Positions 41,110 through 51,533 of a stretch of DNA of 64,000 bases are shown here, in pieces. Source of the DNA: Thermodesulfobacteriota bacterium (GTDB lineage Bacteria > Desulfobacterota_D > UBA1144 > Nemesobacterales > Nemesobacteraceae); assembly GCA_965202785.1 (NCBI GenBank), contig OZ241855.1, positions 256,001-320,000 of the forward strand, written 5' to 3'. Under the pieces are notes generated by a model. It did not search any database. It saw only the letters and a program-made list of their open reading frames with translations, and was not told the DNA's origin. Position 1 is the first letter of the stretch. Every line of letters starts with the position of its first letter. The position numbers and the translations under genes were made by a program.

Positions 41110-41207
41110 TGGATTTCGCCGCTGCACTCTTCATGTTTATCTCTTGGGGAAGCGTCTTGAGTCTTCTCTCTTTCTGCCTTATAAAATTCCACAGAAACCC
41201 CAGATAG
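41109..41207 (+). CDS. 32-aa single-TM peptide, candidate NSS small subunit (absent from ORF track)
   Basis: TAATG coupling to the transporter stop; [32 protein letters not shown]. Confidence 0.6.
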   Translation: MDFAAALFMFISWGSVLSLLSFCLIKFHRNPR

Positions 41208-41270
41208 CTGCCGCGGTAACGACTCAAAATGTTCTGCGACCCCATTTGGTAACCAGCAGGTATTGCCGGC

Positions 41271-42620
41271 TTAGCCCTGTTCCGTTTCTTTTTGAAGAAC
41301 TTCCTTGGGTTTTCCAATACGGAAAATCTTTATAACATCTTCAAGCTGATGTATCAAAAAGAGAGTAAGGGCAAAAGACGTAGCGAAAAGAACTAGAGAA
41401 TTTCCTCCGATTATCGCTATGAGAACTAACCCGGCCGAATAATAATTTCTTCTCCCCAAAAAACGAAGACGGGCAAGCAGTTTCCTCAGGAGGGAAAGTT
41501 CCTCGGGATTGATATGCTTGTCGACTTCAAAGTACGCAACCAGACTGCCAGAATCTGTGTACTTTATCAGAAAGTAAAACGACCATATAAGAAACAAGAT
41601 GAAGACTATGATGTTATAGCTTCCGAGGATGATCGCAATGGTGCTTCCGGTCTGAAGATAATATCCAACAGGAACTCCAATCAGGAAGGAAAGCACTGTG
41701 AACTGGTCACTTATGGTGTCAACCCACTGCCCTTTTTTTGTCTCCATAAGCTTTATTCTCGCAACTTCCCCGTCACACCTGTCCAAAACAGTTGCCGCCT
41801 GCATGAAAAGAGCTCCCAGCACTGCATGACCAAGGGCGTAAAACGGCCCGCAGAGCACTCCTATCAGGTTAATCAGAACGCTAACAGCGTTAGGAGTGAG
41901 AGATGTTCTTATCAGAAGCTTGCTCAAAGGAAGAGACATCCGGCCGTTTATATTTCTGGCTATCCATCCGGTGGCCGTTTTGCCTACGTGAGAAAAAATG
42001 ATTCTTTCCGCTTCTTTTCGAGACTCCTTGGTATCCGAAAGACGGTACCAGTACCCGCTGTCGGCACTGAAGATTCTCATGCGGTTCCGCGTGGCCTCGT
42101 CGCCAAGCCAAGTATTGAGCCCGGCAGCCGAAAGCACGGCTGGAACTTCTGTGAAGTTTACGGAGAAAGCGCCAAAGACGCTGCTTCCTCCACCGAAATA
42201 CTTGTTTACGTAACCGGTTTCCCTGTCCATGCCAACAACAGGATCAGCGTCCTGCTGAACAAGCACAGAAAACTCATCCTCGCGGCAATCAGATGAATCA
42301 CGAATGAATTTTTCAAGGGAATTGGAGTTCGTGACAACCAGAGAGGATTCTAAAATAAGGACCCTGCCCGAATCTATCGACACCGACTCTCCGGGCGGGA
42401 CCCAGTTTATGTCCGATGTGATTCTCGAGTCATCAATAAGAAGGTTTTTGAGAAAACCCGCGTTATTGGTAATTATATGAAACCGCTCAGTTCCGGCACG
42501 TTGACAATTTATTATAATTCTTTTGAGTTGAGGGACTTGCGCTATCGATTTGCTTGGGAATTTGGATAGATCCTCGCCATTTGTTCCTGTGCCAGAACAA
42601 AGTACAATAGCGTCTTTCAT
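41271..42620 (-). CDS. CDP-alcohol phosphotransferase with a degenerate N-terminal nucleotidyltransferase domain
   Basis: TPN, DRCDGEVAR-x8-G-x3-D-x3-D. Confidence 0.85.
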   Translation of the reverse strand: MKDAIVLCSGTGTNGEDLSKFPSKSIAQVPQLKRIIINCQRAGTERFHIITNNAGFLKNLLIDDSRITSDINWVPPGESVSIDSGRVLILESSLVVTNSNSLEKFIRDSSDCREDEFSVLVQQDADPVVGMDRETGYVNKYFGGGSSVFGAFSVNFTEVPAVLSAAGLNTWLGDEATRNRMRIFSADSGYWYRLSDTKESRKEAERIIFSHVGKTATGWIARNINGRMSLPLSKLLIRTSLTPNAVSVLINLIGVLCGPFYALGHAVLGALFMQAATVLDRCDGEVARIKLMETKKGQWVDTISDQFTVLSFLIGVPVGYYLQTGSTIAIILGSYNIIVFILFLIWSFYFLIKYTDSGSLVAYFEVDKHINPEELSLLRKLLARLRFLGRRNYYSAGLVLIAIIGGNSLVLFATSFALTLFLIHQLEDVIKIFRIGKPKEVLQKETEQG

Positions 42621-42626
42621 GGCAAA

Positions 42627-43409
42627 TTATTCAGAGGAGTCAACAACTCTGAGAAGATTTGGGGCACGGTATTCCTTTTTCAAGAATCTGTCAGCCTGTT
42701 TTCTCGCCCTGAAAAGATCTAGTGGACAGTCGACATCCATCCAGTAAAGTTCGCCTATATCGAGGGGCTTGATTTTATACCCCTTGCTTATAAGCCTGTG
42801 TATCGAGGAAATGTACCATTTGCCTTCGGCACCGGGATTCCTCATCTCTTCCTCAACCGCCCTTTTGAGCAGTTCAACCCCTGTATCCCTGAACACTCTT
42901 ATGCCGACTGATTCAGCGGAGGTCTCGGCGTTTGAGATCTCCTTGCTTATCTTCGTGATTCTGCTGTCGTTGACAACAACTTTCATGTCCTCCCTTTCAT
43001 ATCGAGATCTCTTTTTTATGGGAAGACAGATTTTTTCATCCCTGACCCCAAGCGCCTTGTCCAAAACACCTATCTCGTACACATCGTCTCCGTTCATGAC
43101 CACTAAATCTTCGTCAAATTCGCTTCTAGCTATCCAGAGAGACACAAGGCTGTTTGTAGATTGGTAGAATGGGTTGTAAAGGGTGTTGATTCTCATTCCC
43201 AAGCCATCGTAATTTCTCAGGAAATCCTCCACTCTCTCAAAACCAAAACCCACGACGATCACAACTTCGTTTATGCCGCAGTCTCTTATAAGATTTATCT
43301 GGTGTTCAAGTATGGATATATTCCCAATATCAAGAAGACACTTGGGCTTGTCATGAGTGTAGGGATATAGTCTAGTTCCCCTACCCGCTGCAAGTATTAT
43401 AGCTTTCAT
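42627..43409 (-). CDS. LicC-like cytidylyltransferase
   Basis: ILAAGRGTRL, PKCL, YNPFY, NGD, WMDVD. Confidence 0.85.
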   Translation of the reverse strand: MKAIILAAGRGTRLYPYTHDKPKCLLDIGNISILEHQINLIRDCGINEVVIVVGFGFERVEDFLRNYDGLGMRINTLYNPFYQSTNSLVSLWIARSEFDEDLVVMNGDDVYEIGVLDKALGVRDEKICLPIKKRSRYEREDMKVVVNDSRITKISKEISNAETSAESVGIRVFRDTGVELLKRAVEEEMRNPGAEGKWYISSIHRLISKGYKIKPLDIGELYWMDVDCPLDLFRARKQADRFLKKEYRAPNLLRVVDSSE

Positions 43410-43606
43410 AAGTCAGATTTTTAAATAGAAAGTCTTACACCCGTGGAATCGAGAAAAGCAGGCGATAACTCCAGTGGAAAACACGAGGAATAACGCCTTA
43501 TTTCTTCAACATCCTCCGGGAGTTAATGTAACTATAGGAATTAGGCATGTCAAACAGAGCTTTAATCCGCAAGTCTTACGCAGGTTTTGGCTGAAACAAA
43601 GGGAAG

Positions 43607-43999
43607 TCACCCATCGGTCGCAAGTTTAAGACCGTTAATTCCAGATTTTATGCTGACTATATTGTTCATCTCATCAACGTATATAAGCTTGGGTCTGTGT
43701 GTTTTGCTCTGCTCTTCATCATAGATTGCAAAATCCGCTATTATCAAGCAATCGCCTTTTCTCGCAAGATGCGCCGCCGCTCCGTTTACACAAACTATGT
43801 TTGACCCTCTCGCGCCTTCAATCACGTAGGTTGAAAAACGGTGGCCATTGGTCAGATTGAAAATGTGGACCTCTTCATAGGGAAACAGATCCGCCGCGTC
43901 CATGAGATTTCTATCAAGCGTAAGACTCCCTTCATAGTCCAACTCGGCATCGGTTACCGTAACTCTGTGTAGTTTGGATTTAAGGAGTACTCTCTGCAT
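43607..43999 (-). CDS. panD: Aspartate 1-decarboxylase
   Basis: KSKLHR, YEGS cleavage site, NGAAA. Confidence 0.95.
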   Translation of the reverse strand: MQRVLLKSKLHRVTVTDAELDYEGSLTLDRNLMDAADLFPYEEVHIFNLTNGHRFSTYVIEGARGSNIVCVNGAAAHLARKGDCLIIADFAIYDEEQSKTHRPKLIYVDEMNNIVSIKSGINGLKLATDG

Positions 44000-44009
44000 T
44001 ACCAACCTC

Positions 44010-44867
44010 TTAAAGCACAATATTATCAATAAGCCTGGTATCGTCCAGCCTCACGGCCAGCGCCACCAAGTCACCCTCCACGGCTCTGTGCCGGAGCTCA
44101 AGGGTTTCAGGGTCTCTTATCTCAATATAATCAATATCATTAATTTGGGCCATACGCAATACCCTATCTGCCTCGGCAAGCAGAATTTTGCAGTCATCGC
44201 AACCGCTTTTGAACTTCTTTCCGACCTCTCGCAGGGCTTTGCTCACCGAAGCCGCCCTGATTCTCTGCTCTGCGCTGAGGTAAGCGTTTCTTGAGCTCAT
44301 GGCAAGTCCGTCAGATTCCCGTACTATCGGCATTTCCACTATCTCAATGTCCATATCGAGGTCCCGTACCATCTTCTGAACAATCTTAAGCTGCTGGTAG
44401 TCCTTTCTTCCAAACACCGCAAAATCCGGACGGACAATGTTAAACAGCTTAAGCACGACCGTTGCTACCCCGTCAAAATGCCCCGGCCTGAAAGGACCGC
44501 AGAGGCAGTCCCCAAGGTTTCCCACAGAAACCGCGGTCTGAAAGCCGTCGGGATAAATATCGCTTATATCCGGATAAAACAGGTAGTTAACGCCGCAGCG
44601 CGCAAGTTTTTCCACGTCGCCTTCGTAGTCCCTTTCGTAACGATCAAAGTCCTCACCGGGTCCGAACTGCGTGGGATTAACAAAAACACTTGCGACTGTC
44701 ACATCGGCCCTTCTAACTGATTCCTCGACAAGGGTAATATGCCCTCTGTGCAGGGCTCCCATAGTGGGAACAAAGCCGAGTTTCCTGCCCGCTTTCCTGC
44801 AAGCATCGGAAATTCTCTTCATGTCGGAAGGGCGGTTGAGCACAGAAAGCGCCCCCGCACTATCCAT
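44010..44867 (-). CDS. panC: Pantoate--beta-alanine ligase
   Basis: PTMGALHRGH, RPGHFDGV, AMSSRN. Confidence 0.97.
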   Translation of the reverse strand: MDSAGALSVLNRPSDMKRISDACRKAGRKLGFVPTMGALHRGHITLVEESVRRADVTVASVFVNPTQFGPGEDFDRYERDYEGDVEKLARCGVNYLFYPDISDIYPDGFQTAVSVGNLGDCLCGPFRPGHFDGVATVVLKLFNIVRPDFAVFGRKDYQQLKIVQKMVRDLDMDIEIVEMPIVRESDGLAMSSRNAYLSAEQRIRAASVSKALREVGKKFKSGCDDCKILLAEADRVLRMAQINDIDYIEIRDPETLELRHRAVEGDLVALAVRLDDTRLIDNIVL

Positions 44868-45660
44868 AAGACTGCTCCTGTGAAGGAAAAGTCCCTTTTT
44901 TTACATCTTCCACGTATCTCTTTGTTGAATCGGAGATTGTCTTTGCAACCTTCGCGTATTTCTTGACGAACTTGGGGAGCGGCTCCGGCGTCAGGCCGAT
45001 CATATCGTTTATAACAAGCACCTGTCCGTCGCAATCCACCCCGGACCCTATCCCGACTGTCGGTATTCCTAGACTCTCGGTAACATCTCTGGCCACCTCA
45101 GACAAAACGCTTTCGATAAGCACCATGAAAGCGCCCGCCTGCTCACAGGACTTGGCGAGGTCCAAAAGCGTTTCGCGCTCGCCCGGCAGACTTCCCTGTA
45201 CCTTGTAACCACCCATTACGTGAACAGACTGCGGACAAAGTCCTATATGAGCAACAACGGGAATCCCGGCTTTCTGGATGCGGTACACGGTATCTACGTA
45301 TGCATCATTTACCTCAAGCTTAACCGACTCGGCTCTCCCCTCTTTTAAAAGTCTTCCGGCGCTTTCTATAGCATCTTCGGAAGACTTCTGATAGGAAAGA
45401 AATGGCATATCCGAGCACAAATGAGCCCGGTCCACTCCTCTTGAGACAATCTTCGTGTGATAAATCATTTCATCCAGCGTAACAGAAAGCGTATCTTCAA
45501 GGCCTTGAACCACGTTGCCTAGAGAATCCCCAACCAGAACAACATCTACTCCCGCTGCGTCCACTATCGCGGCGATGGTAGCATCGTACGCCGTTATCAT
45601 GGCAATCTTCTCGCCCTGCTCTTTCATTTTGCGAAAATCAGTTGTTCTCAGCTTTTTCAT
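44860..45660 (-). CDS. panB: 3-methyl-2-oxobutanoate hydroxymethyltransferase
   Basis: TAYD, LVGDS, DMPF, DGQVLV. Confidence 0.97.
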   Translation of the reverse strand: MKKLRTTDFRKMKEQGEKIAMITAYDATIAAIVDAAGVDVVLVGDSLGNVVQGLEDTLSVTLDEMIYHTKIVSRGVDRAHLCSDMPFLSYQKSSEDAIESAGRLLKEGRAESVKLEVNDAYVDTVYRIQKAGIPVVAHIGLCPQSVHVMGGYKVQGSLPGERETLLDLAKSCEQAGAFMVLIESVLSEVARDVTESLGIPTVGIGSGVDCDGQVLVINDMIGLTPEPLPKFVKKYAKVAKTISDSTKRYVEDVKKGTFPSQEQSYG

Positions 45661-45696
45661 TATTCGACCCTATCTCTTTTTCGAAACTGCGAGAGA

Positions 45697-46362
45697 TCAC
45701 TCAACGTATATTCTGGCTGAATATCCCCGCTTCCTCAAAACTACGCGAAGCATCTCGGCGTCTTTCCTTTTCTTAAACCTGCCAACCCTCACCCTGTAAT
45801 AAGTATCCCCCTCAAAGGCAAAAGATTCCACTCTCACATCCTCGTCCGTGACACGCGAAAGCTTTCTTTTGAGTTCATTGGCCGCCGCTTTGCTTCGAAA
45901 AGAGCCGGCTTGGACTGTGTAGAGGGAGATGAAAAGGCTTTCTGACCTTTCAGAGGGCGTCGACAGTACTTCTATTTTCACCTCCGCAACACCACTTCTG
46001 ACAAGTCCGATGGATTTTGCGGCCGCGTATGAGAGATCTATCACCCTGCCCCTTACGTAAGGCCCCCTGTCATTTATCCTGACTTTTACCTTCCTGCCAT
46101 TCTCGCGATTGGTAACGCGTACGACGGTACCAAAAGGAAGCTCCTTGTGCGCCGCAGTATAAGCATTTCTGTTGAATACCTCGCCACTTGCGGACCTCTT
46201 TCCATGCTCCTTGTCCCCATACCAGGAAGCCTTGCCGTACTGTACGGCATCCGTCGACCTGGGCCGCTGAAAATCCCGGCTTTCCCACCTCGGGGAACCT
46301 GAGAAAGGAGAGCAACCGGCCGCAAAAAACGCAATCAGAACGGCAAACCTGATCCAGATCAT
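45697..46362 (-). CDS. rlpA: RlpA septal lytic transglycosylase lipoprotein with SPOR domain
   Basis: Lipobox, ASWYG, AAHK.LP, INDRGP, C-terminal SPOR. Confidence 0.92.
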   Translation of the reverse strand: MIWIRFAVLIAFFAAGCSPFSGSPRWESRDFQRPRSTDAVQYGKASWYGDKEHGKRSASGEVFNRNAYTAAHKELPFGTVVRVTNRENGRKVKVRINDRGPYVRGRVIDLSYAAAKSIGLVRSGVAEVKIEVLSTPSERSESLFISLYTVQAGSFRSKAAANELKRKLSRVTDEDVRVESFAFEGDTYYRVRVGRFKKRKDAEMLRVVLRKRGYSARIYVE

Positions 46363-46493
46363 AAGGTTCTATTTTACCATAACGAATTCCCTCGCAGACA
46401 CTGACATGCTGTAAATATCCGTTCTACCGTCCGCAATCTTGAGATTATAAGCGGTTATAATAAAATAGTGCCACCAAAAAATAGGCAGATACG

Positions 46494-47690
46494 ATGAACC
46501 GGCCGGATCATAATTTTTCCCTGATAAACCGAATCCCCCCTTATGTGCTCGGCGTAGTCAACGAACTTAAACACCAAGCACGCGCCAGGGGAGAGGATAT
46601 AATCGACCTCGGAATGGGGAATCCCGATCAGGCAACGCCGGACCATATAGTGGAGAAACTGCGCGAGGCAGTAGGAGAACCCAGAAACCACAGATACTCC
46701 GCCTCCGCCGGATTGCCCAAACTTCGTCTGGCCATAACCGACTGGTACAGAAGAAAATTCGACGTTGACCTCGACCCGGATTCCGAAGCTGTCGTCACGA
46801 TAGGATCAAAAGAAGGCATATCGCATTTAATGCTTTCAATACTCTCCCCGGGAGATATAGCGATAGTCCCCGACCCTAGCTACCCAATACACAACTACTC
46901 CGTAATCATAGCAAGAGGAGACACTCACAGTTGTCCCATGGGGGAAAAAGAAGACTTGATACAGTCAATAGAAAAAACGATAAAGGAAGTGTGGCCGAAA
47001 CCCAAAGTGCTTATTCTTTCATTCCCCAACAATCCGACTACACAAGTCATGGACCTTGATTTCTTCGAAAAAATTTGTGATCTAGCACGTCAAACGGGTC
47101 TTATAGTAGTGCATGATCTGGTTTACGCAGAACTGTGTTATGACGGATACAAGGCTCCGAGCATAATGCAGGTAAAGGGAGCCAAAGACGTTGCGGTGGA
47201 ATTCTATTCGCTTTCCAAAACCTACAACATGCCCGGCTGGAGGGTCGGCTTCATGGTGGGGAACCCGGAAATCGTTTCCGCACTCAAAAGAATAAAAAGC
47301 TACCTTGACTACGGAATATTTCAGCCGATCCAGATAGCCGCAATCACCGCTCTCAACGGACCCCAGCAACCCATAGAACATATAAGAGAAACCTACAGGT
47401 CCAGAAGAGACAAACTGATCGAATCATTTGCAAGGGCCGGATGGGAAATCCCAAAACCAAAAGCGACGATGTTCGTATGGGCACAGATACCTGAAGAGTT
47501 TACGGAAATGGGGTCGCTTGAATTCTCGAAACTTCTTATAGAGAAATCAAAAGTTGCCGTATCCCCCGGAGTGGGATTCGGAAACTACGGAGAAGGGTTC
47601 GTAAGACTTGCACTTGTTGAGAACGAGAACAGAATAACTCAGGCGGCAAGGGGAGTCCGGAAGCTCCTTCAAGGCACCCGCGGCTACTAA
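46494..47690 (+). CDS. alaC: Class I/II PLP aminotransferase (AlaC-like)
   Basis: GMGNPD, GSKEG, SKTYNMPGWRVG, KSYLDYG. Confidence 0.8.
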   Translation: MNRPDHNFSLINRIPPYVLGVVNELKHQARARGEDIIDLGMGNPDQATPDHIVEKLREAVGEPRNHRYSASAGLPKLRLAITDWYRRKFDVDLDPDSEAVVTIGSKEGISHLMLSILSPGDIAIVPDPSYPIHNYSVIIARGDTHSCPMGEKEDLIQSIEKTIKEVWPKPKVLILSFPNNPTTQVMDLDFFEKICDLARQTGLIVVHDLVYAELCYDGYKAPSIMQVKGAKDVAVEFYSLSKTYNMPGWRVGFMVGNPEIVSALKRIKSYLDYGIFQPIQIAAITALNGPQQPIEHIRETYRSRRDKLIESFARAGWEIPKPKATMFVWAQIPEEFTEMGSLEFSKLLIEKSKVAVSPGVGFGNYGEGFVRLALVENENRITQAARGVRKLLQGTRGY

Positions 47691-49522
47691 AAAGCCTGCC
47701 CTATGCTTATAAAAATCTTGAATCTGTCATTTCTCTCCTCGTCCTCGGGGTTTAGAAGGTAGCCGAAATCTGCCCTGATCGGTCCGATAATCGTATGGTA
47801 TCTCAATCCAGCACCGGCGGCGTACTTCAGGTTGGAAACACTGAAGCCGAAACTCTTTGAATAAACATTTCCGTAATCGAAGAAAGCTACCGCTCCAAGC
47901 TTGTTAAAAAGCCTGAAGCGGGCTTCAGCGTTACCAACGATCATGGAGTTGCCCCCCAGAGGGTCCCGATCCGAATTAAGCGGACTCAGGTGCTGAAATG
48001 AATAGCCCCTCATGCTTGCACTGCCTCCGGCGAAGAACCTCTTGAAGATCGGCACGTCAAGCGGGTCAGTTTCCCCAAGTGTGGTTATATTTCCAATCGT
48101 CGCCCTTTTTCCCAGAACGATCCCGAAAACGTCCTTGTAGTACCTTAACTCGGCCAGAAACTTCAGGTAATTGGTGCGGGCGGAGCTAGTGGTCTGAATC
48201 GGTGTTTCCATGAAGAAAAACAGCCGCATTCCACTGGTAGGATTTATAAGGCTATTGGTCAGGTCATACTCAACTCCCAGATCAACAACCGTCAGGAAAA
48301 CACTGTCGCGGGCACTTTCAATCGGCGTTCTTACCACCTGAGAGTCTATATCCGCGAATACGACGTTTAGCGAACTGAAAAGTGTGAGATAATCAAAAAA
48401 CTCTTTGGACAAAGTACTGTTGAAATCGAAACTCAAACCCTCATAGCCCGGGAAATCATCCCTTCTCACGTCAAGCAAAAAAGCAAGACTGGAATTCCTG
48501 CCAACTAAATGGGGTTGGTCAAGTCTGGCCAGCAATCCCCGTGTCAGGGATGAATAACTGGAAGTGATCTGCAGGGTCCTTCCGCCGTCGAAAAAATTCC
48601 TCTGGCTCCAAGATAGCTGTGCCCTTAAATTGTCCTCCGTGGCGTATCCAACTCCAAGCTTTATCGTTCCGAGTTTTCTTTCGGTAACGCTGTATATGGT
48701 CTGGACCTCGAACTTCTGCTCGTCATAATCAGTATCGACTATAACGGAATTAAAAAGGCCTGTTTCAAAAATGTTCGCCCGCGATTTCTGAGTCTCTTTG
48801 AGAGAAAACAGGTCCCCTTTCTCGTACTCTATCTCCCGCTCGAGAAGTCTGGTGGCAATATCGGAATTTCCCCTAAACATCACGTCGCCGAAATAATATT
48901 CCTGGCCCGGATCGATGGTGAATTCAACATTAACCTCCCTGCTCCTCAGGCTCACAATCGCTTCGGATTTTACATCCGCCAGAGGATAACCCCTATCGGA
49001 AAACAACTCCGTGATAAGAACTTTTGACTTCTGGTAGCTTATCTGGGAAAAAGGTTTCCCTTCTTTCAAGAGGATTACCTCGGCGACATCGGAGACGTAA
49101 TCATCCGGGTGATTACCAAGAACTACTATGTTCAAAGTCTTCACTATTACGGGGTCCCCTTGGTCCACTCTTATTTCTATATCCACTTTTCGGTTTCCAT
49201 CCCGGAAATCCAAGGTATGGGTTACCGTAGAACCGTAATAACCATGTTCCCTGAGAACCTGCTCTATTCTTTTTATATCGTCCTCAAGGAACTGCTCGTT
49301 GAATTCCGGACGTTTTCTCCATGGTCTCCTTGAGGGAAAGGGAGTTATCATGGAGTCCTTTATCCTCTCGAGTTCTATATCTTTTAACCCCTTTATCCTG
49401 ATCCCGGAGATAAAAACCGTTTCGTCCTTCTCCGCTTCCTCGGCGCTAACGTCCAGAGTCAAGGGAAAAAGCACGATAAGAAAAAAAAGTCCCGAAAGCA
49501 AAAAAACGACGAATTGAGGCAT
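47687..49522 (-). CDS. Omp85 family protein (TamA-like, about 3 POTRA domains)
   Basis: POTRA repeats, RFFAGG..SMRGY, GPIR.D, C-terminal GQAF; start uncertain. Confidence 0.88.
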   Translation of the reverse strand: MPQFVVFLLSGLFFLIVLFPLTLDVSAEEAEKDETVFISGIRIKGLKDIELERIKDSMITPFPSRRPWRKRPEFNEQFLEDDIKRIEQVLREHGYYGSTVTHTLDFRDGNRKVDIEIRVDQGDPVIVKTLNIVVLGNHPDDYVSDVAEVILLKEGKPFSQISYQKSKVLITELFSDRGYPLADVKSEAIVSLRSREVNVEFTIDPGQEYYFGDVMFRGNSDIATRLLEREIEYEKGDLFSLKETQKSRANIFETGLFNSVIVDTDYDEQKFEVQTIYSVTERKLGTIKLGVGYATEDNLRAQLSWSQRNFFDGGRTLQITSSYSSLTRGLLARLDQPHLVGRNSSLAFLLDVRRDDFPGYEGLSFDFNSTLSKEFFDYLTLFSSLNVVFADIDSQVVRTPIESARDSVFLTVVDLGVEYDLTNSLINPTSGMRLFFFMETPIQTTSSARTNYLKFLAELRYYKDVFGIVLGKRATIGNITTLGETDPLDVPIFKRFFAGGSASMRGYSFQHLSPLNSDRDPLGGNSMIVGNAEARFRLFNKLGAVAFFDYGNVYSKSFGFSVSNLKYAAGAGLRYHTIIGPIRADFGYLLNPEDEERNDRFKIFISIGQAF

Positions 49523-49602
49523 GCAAAGGAATTCGCACGGGAAGTCGCTGGTATAGTTGCGGTCAGAAAAAGAAGATATAGGTCTATCCATTTCTATTAA
49601 TG

Positions 49603-49640
49603 TTAACAAGGACAAACTGACTTTAACAAGAACAAACTGA
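49603..49640. repeat. Tandem 18-bp direct repeat, period 20
   Basis: TTAACAAGGACAAACTGA / TTAACAAGAACAAACTGA. Confidence 0.7.
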
Positions 49641-49877
49641 AAAAAACCGGCGGGTCAGAAACAGACGCAGCCACTTCAGCTGTACAAAAGTCAACGATAA
49701 CCGGCCGTACGCGTAAAACCACATGCAGAACAATCCCGGACTAAGAAACAGTTGACAAAATTGCCGGATCCACACCGCCTAAGAAGCAACAATTCGCATG
49801 TACAGCGGCAAAAAGCAAGACCGCTTATATATAATAATACGGCAATATGATATTATTTTTACCGAGGTCGTTTAACC

Positions 49878-50198
49878 ATGGAGCTTTTGCTGCTTATTCT
49901 GTTTGTTCTCCTCGGATTTCTCGCCGGTACATATATACTGGGGACTTTCTTCTCCCTTGTTTTCATGCAGTTGCCGGAGGCTTTCAGGTCAAGGACCAGC
50001 GGGAGTTCTGAAGTGCCGGTGCAGAGGCTTGCGCATCTAGTTTTGGAAACCATAGGATGGTTTCTGTTGCTTCTCTCGCTTATATTCCTAGTAAACAAGT
50101 ATCTTGCCGGCTATCAGAAGCTTTTTCTCTGCGGTATATACGTAGCCTTGGCTTTCCACATAGGGACGCTTCTGAATCTTTACGGAAGACCTTCGTAA
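49878..50198 (+). CDS. Small membrane protein
   Basis: GAGG RBS, hydrophobic segments. Confidence 0.55.
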   Translation: MELLLLILFVLLGFLAGTYILGTFFSLVFMQLPEAFRSRTSGSSEVPVQRLAHLVLETIGWFLLLLSLIFLVNKYLAGYQKLFLCGIYVALAFHIGTLLNLYGRPS

Positions 50199-50339
50199 AG
50201 TGCAAAGAGAAAAATAGGGGGAACCGCTTCGCTTCTTCGTGCCGTGTCAGTATAGGTGCGCTCTCAAACTCAACTAATCCGGTTTTAAAAATTCGCGACA
50301 GGTCGGAAGATCCAAGAAAAAAACTGCTGTTTTTGCGGG

Positions 50340-51050
50340 TTAGCGCTTTTTCTGCGCTGAAAAGTTACTGTCAATAAACATCTGCCTGGCAGGATCTCCT
50401 GGATCCCCCCTGCGTTTGCGGCGCAGATCCTTCGCCGTCTTTTTTTCCAGAACAGGTTTATGAATATATTCAATTTCTATTGTTCTTTTTTTAGAGTTCA
50501 CGCTTGCAAGTACTACTGTGTCCGAAAGATCCCACGACAGAACCTCGTAAGAAAACATTTTCTCCCGCTCGAAAGCGTCGCCGAGAACATTAGCGAGATC
50601 ACCGACAAGTTCGTTTTTTGCGAACGCAAAACGGGTCTCATCCTCAAAACTGAACAAGATGGAACTTGACATAAGATTGTCTTTATAAAATTCAAGCCGG
50701 GTTTCATGGTCGGGCGGCGGGTCAAGAGCAACTCCCGACAAGGAACCGTCCAGAACGACTTTTCGTAGATTGTTTGAGTATTTGCGATCAGAAACAATCT
50801 CGAGTTTAGAAAATTCGATCAGATTAAGTGCGTCCTTTCTGGAAGTCCCGAATTCAAAACCGTGGGGAATCCTGAGATTCACCTGGCTTCCCTCAAGAGG
50901 AAAGGGGAAGAGGAAACAAACTGAAAAAATAAGCGTAAGCCAAGTTCTTGCACAATACATAAGGTTTTCCCGTGATATAAATCGCTTAAACCCGTGGTAT
51001 ACTTTGGGACCTGTGATTCTAACCGTTTTATACAGGCTTGTTAAACGCAA
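50340..51050 (-). CDS. Hypothetical exported protein (start probably internal)
   Basis: 236-aa ORF; signal-like segment after an internal Met. Confidence 0.6.
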   Translation of the reverse strand: MRLTSLYKTVRITGPKVYHGFKRFISRENLMYCARTWLTLIFSVCFLFPFPLEGSQVNLRIPHGFEFGTSRKDALNLIEFSKLEIVSDRKYSNNLRKVVLDGSLSGVALDPPPDHETRLEFYKDNLMSSSILFSFEDETRFAFAKNELVGDLANVLGDAFEREKMFSYEVLSWDLSDTVVLASVNSKKRTIEIEYIHKPVLEKKTAKDLRRKRRGDPGDPARQMFIDSNFSAQKKR

Positions 51051-51065
51051 CGCGGTGAAACTTTA

Positions 51066-51533
51066 ATGGAAACGATCATAGGAGTAATCGGAGCGGCAAA
51101 CGCAAGTGAGGAGGAAAAAAGAACTTCGGAAGAAGTCGGAGTTCTAATTGCCAGAAGGGATTGTTTTCTGCTTTGTGGCGGAATGGGAGGAGTTATGGAA
51201 GCCGCGTGCCGAGGAGCAAAATCAGCCGGGGGCACCACAATCGGGATTCTCCCCGGCCCCGAAGCCTCATCGGCTAACAGATTCATCGACATACCGATAG
51301 TTACGGGGATGGGTGAAGCAAGAAACGTGATAGTAGCGAAGTCAAGCCATTCTATAATCGCCATTGGAGGCAGTTTCGGCACCCTGTCGGAGATATCGTT
51401 CGCACTTAAGTCCGGAATTCCCGTCATCGGGCTTGACACCTGGGATGTCTCTGAGGAAATTATCAAATGCGAAACCCCGGAACAAGCAGTGAGAACAGCC
51501 TTTGAGCTATCCTCCCTCAGGGAAAAGGCCTGA
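51066..51533 (+). CDS. TIGR00725/LOG-like Rossmann protein
   Basis: GGMGGVMEA, GILPG, ARN, GTLSE. Confidence 0.9.
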   Translation: METIIGVIGAANASEEEKRTSEEVGVLIARRDCFLLCGGMGGVMEAACRGAKSAGGTTIGILPGPEASSANRFIDIPIVTGMGEARNVIVAKSSHSIIAIGGSFGTLSEISFALKSGIPVIGLDTWDVSEEIIKCETPEQAVRTAFELSSLREKA

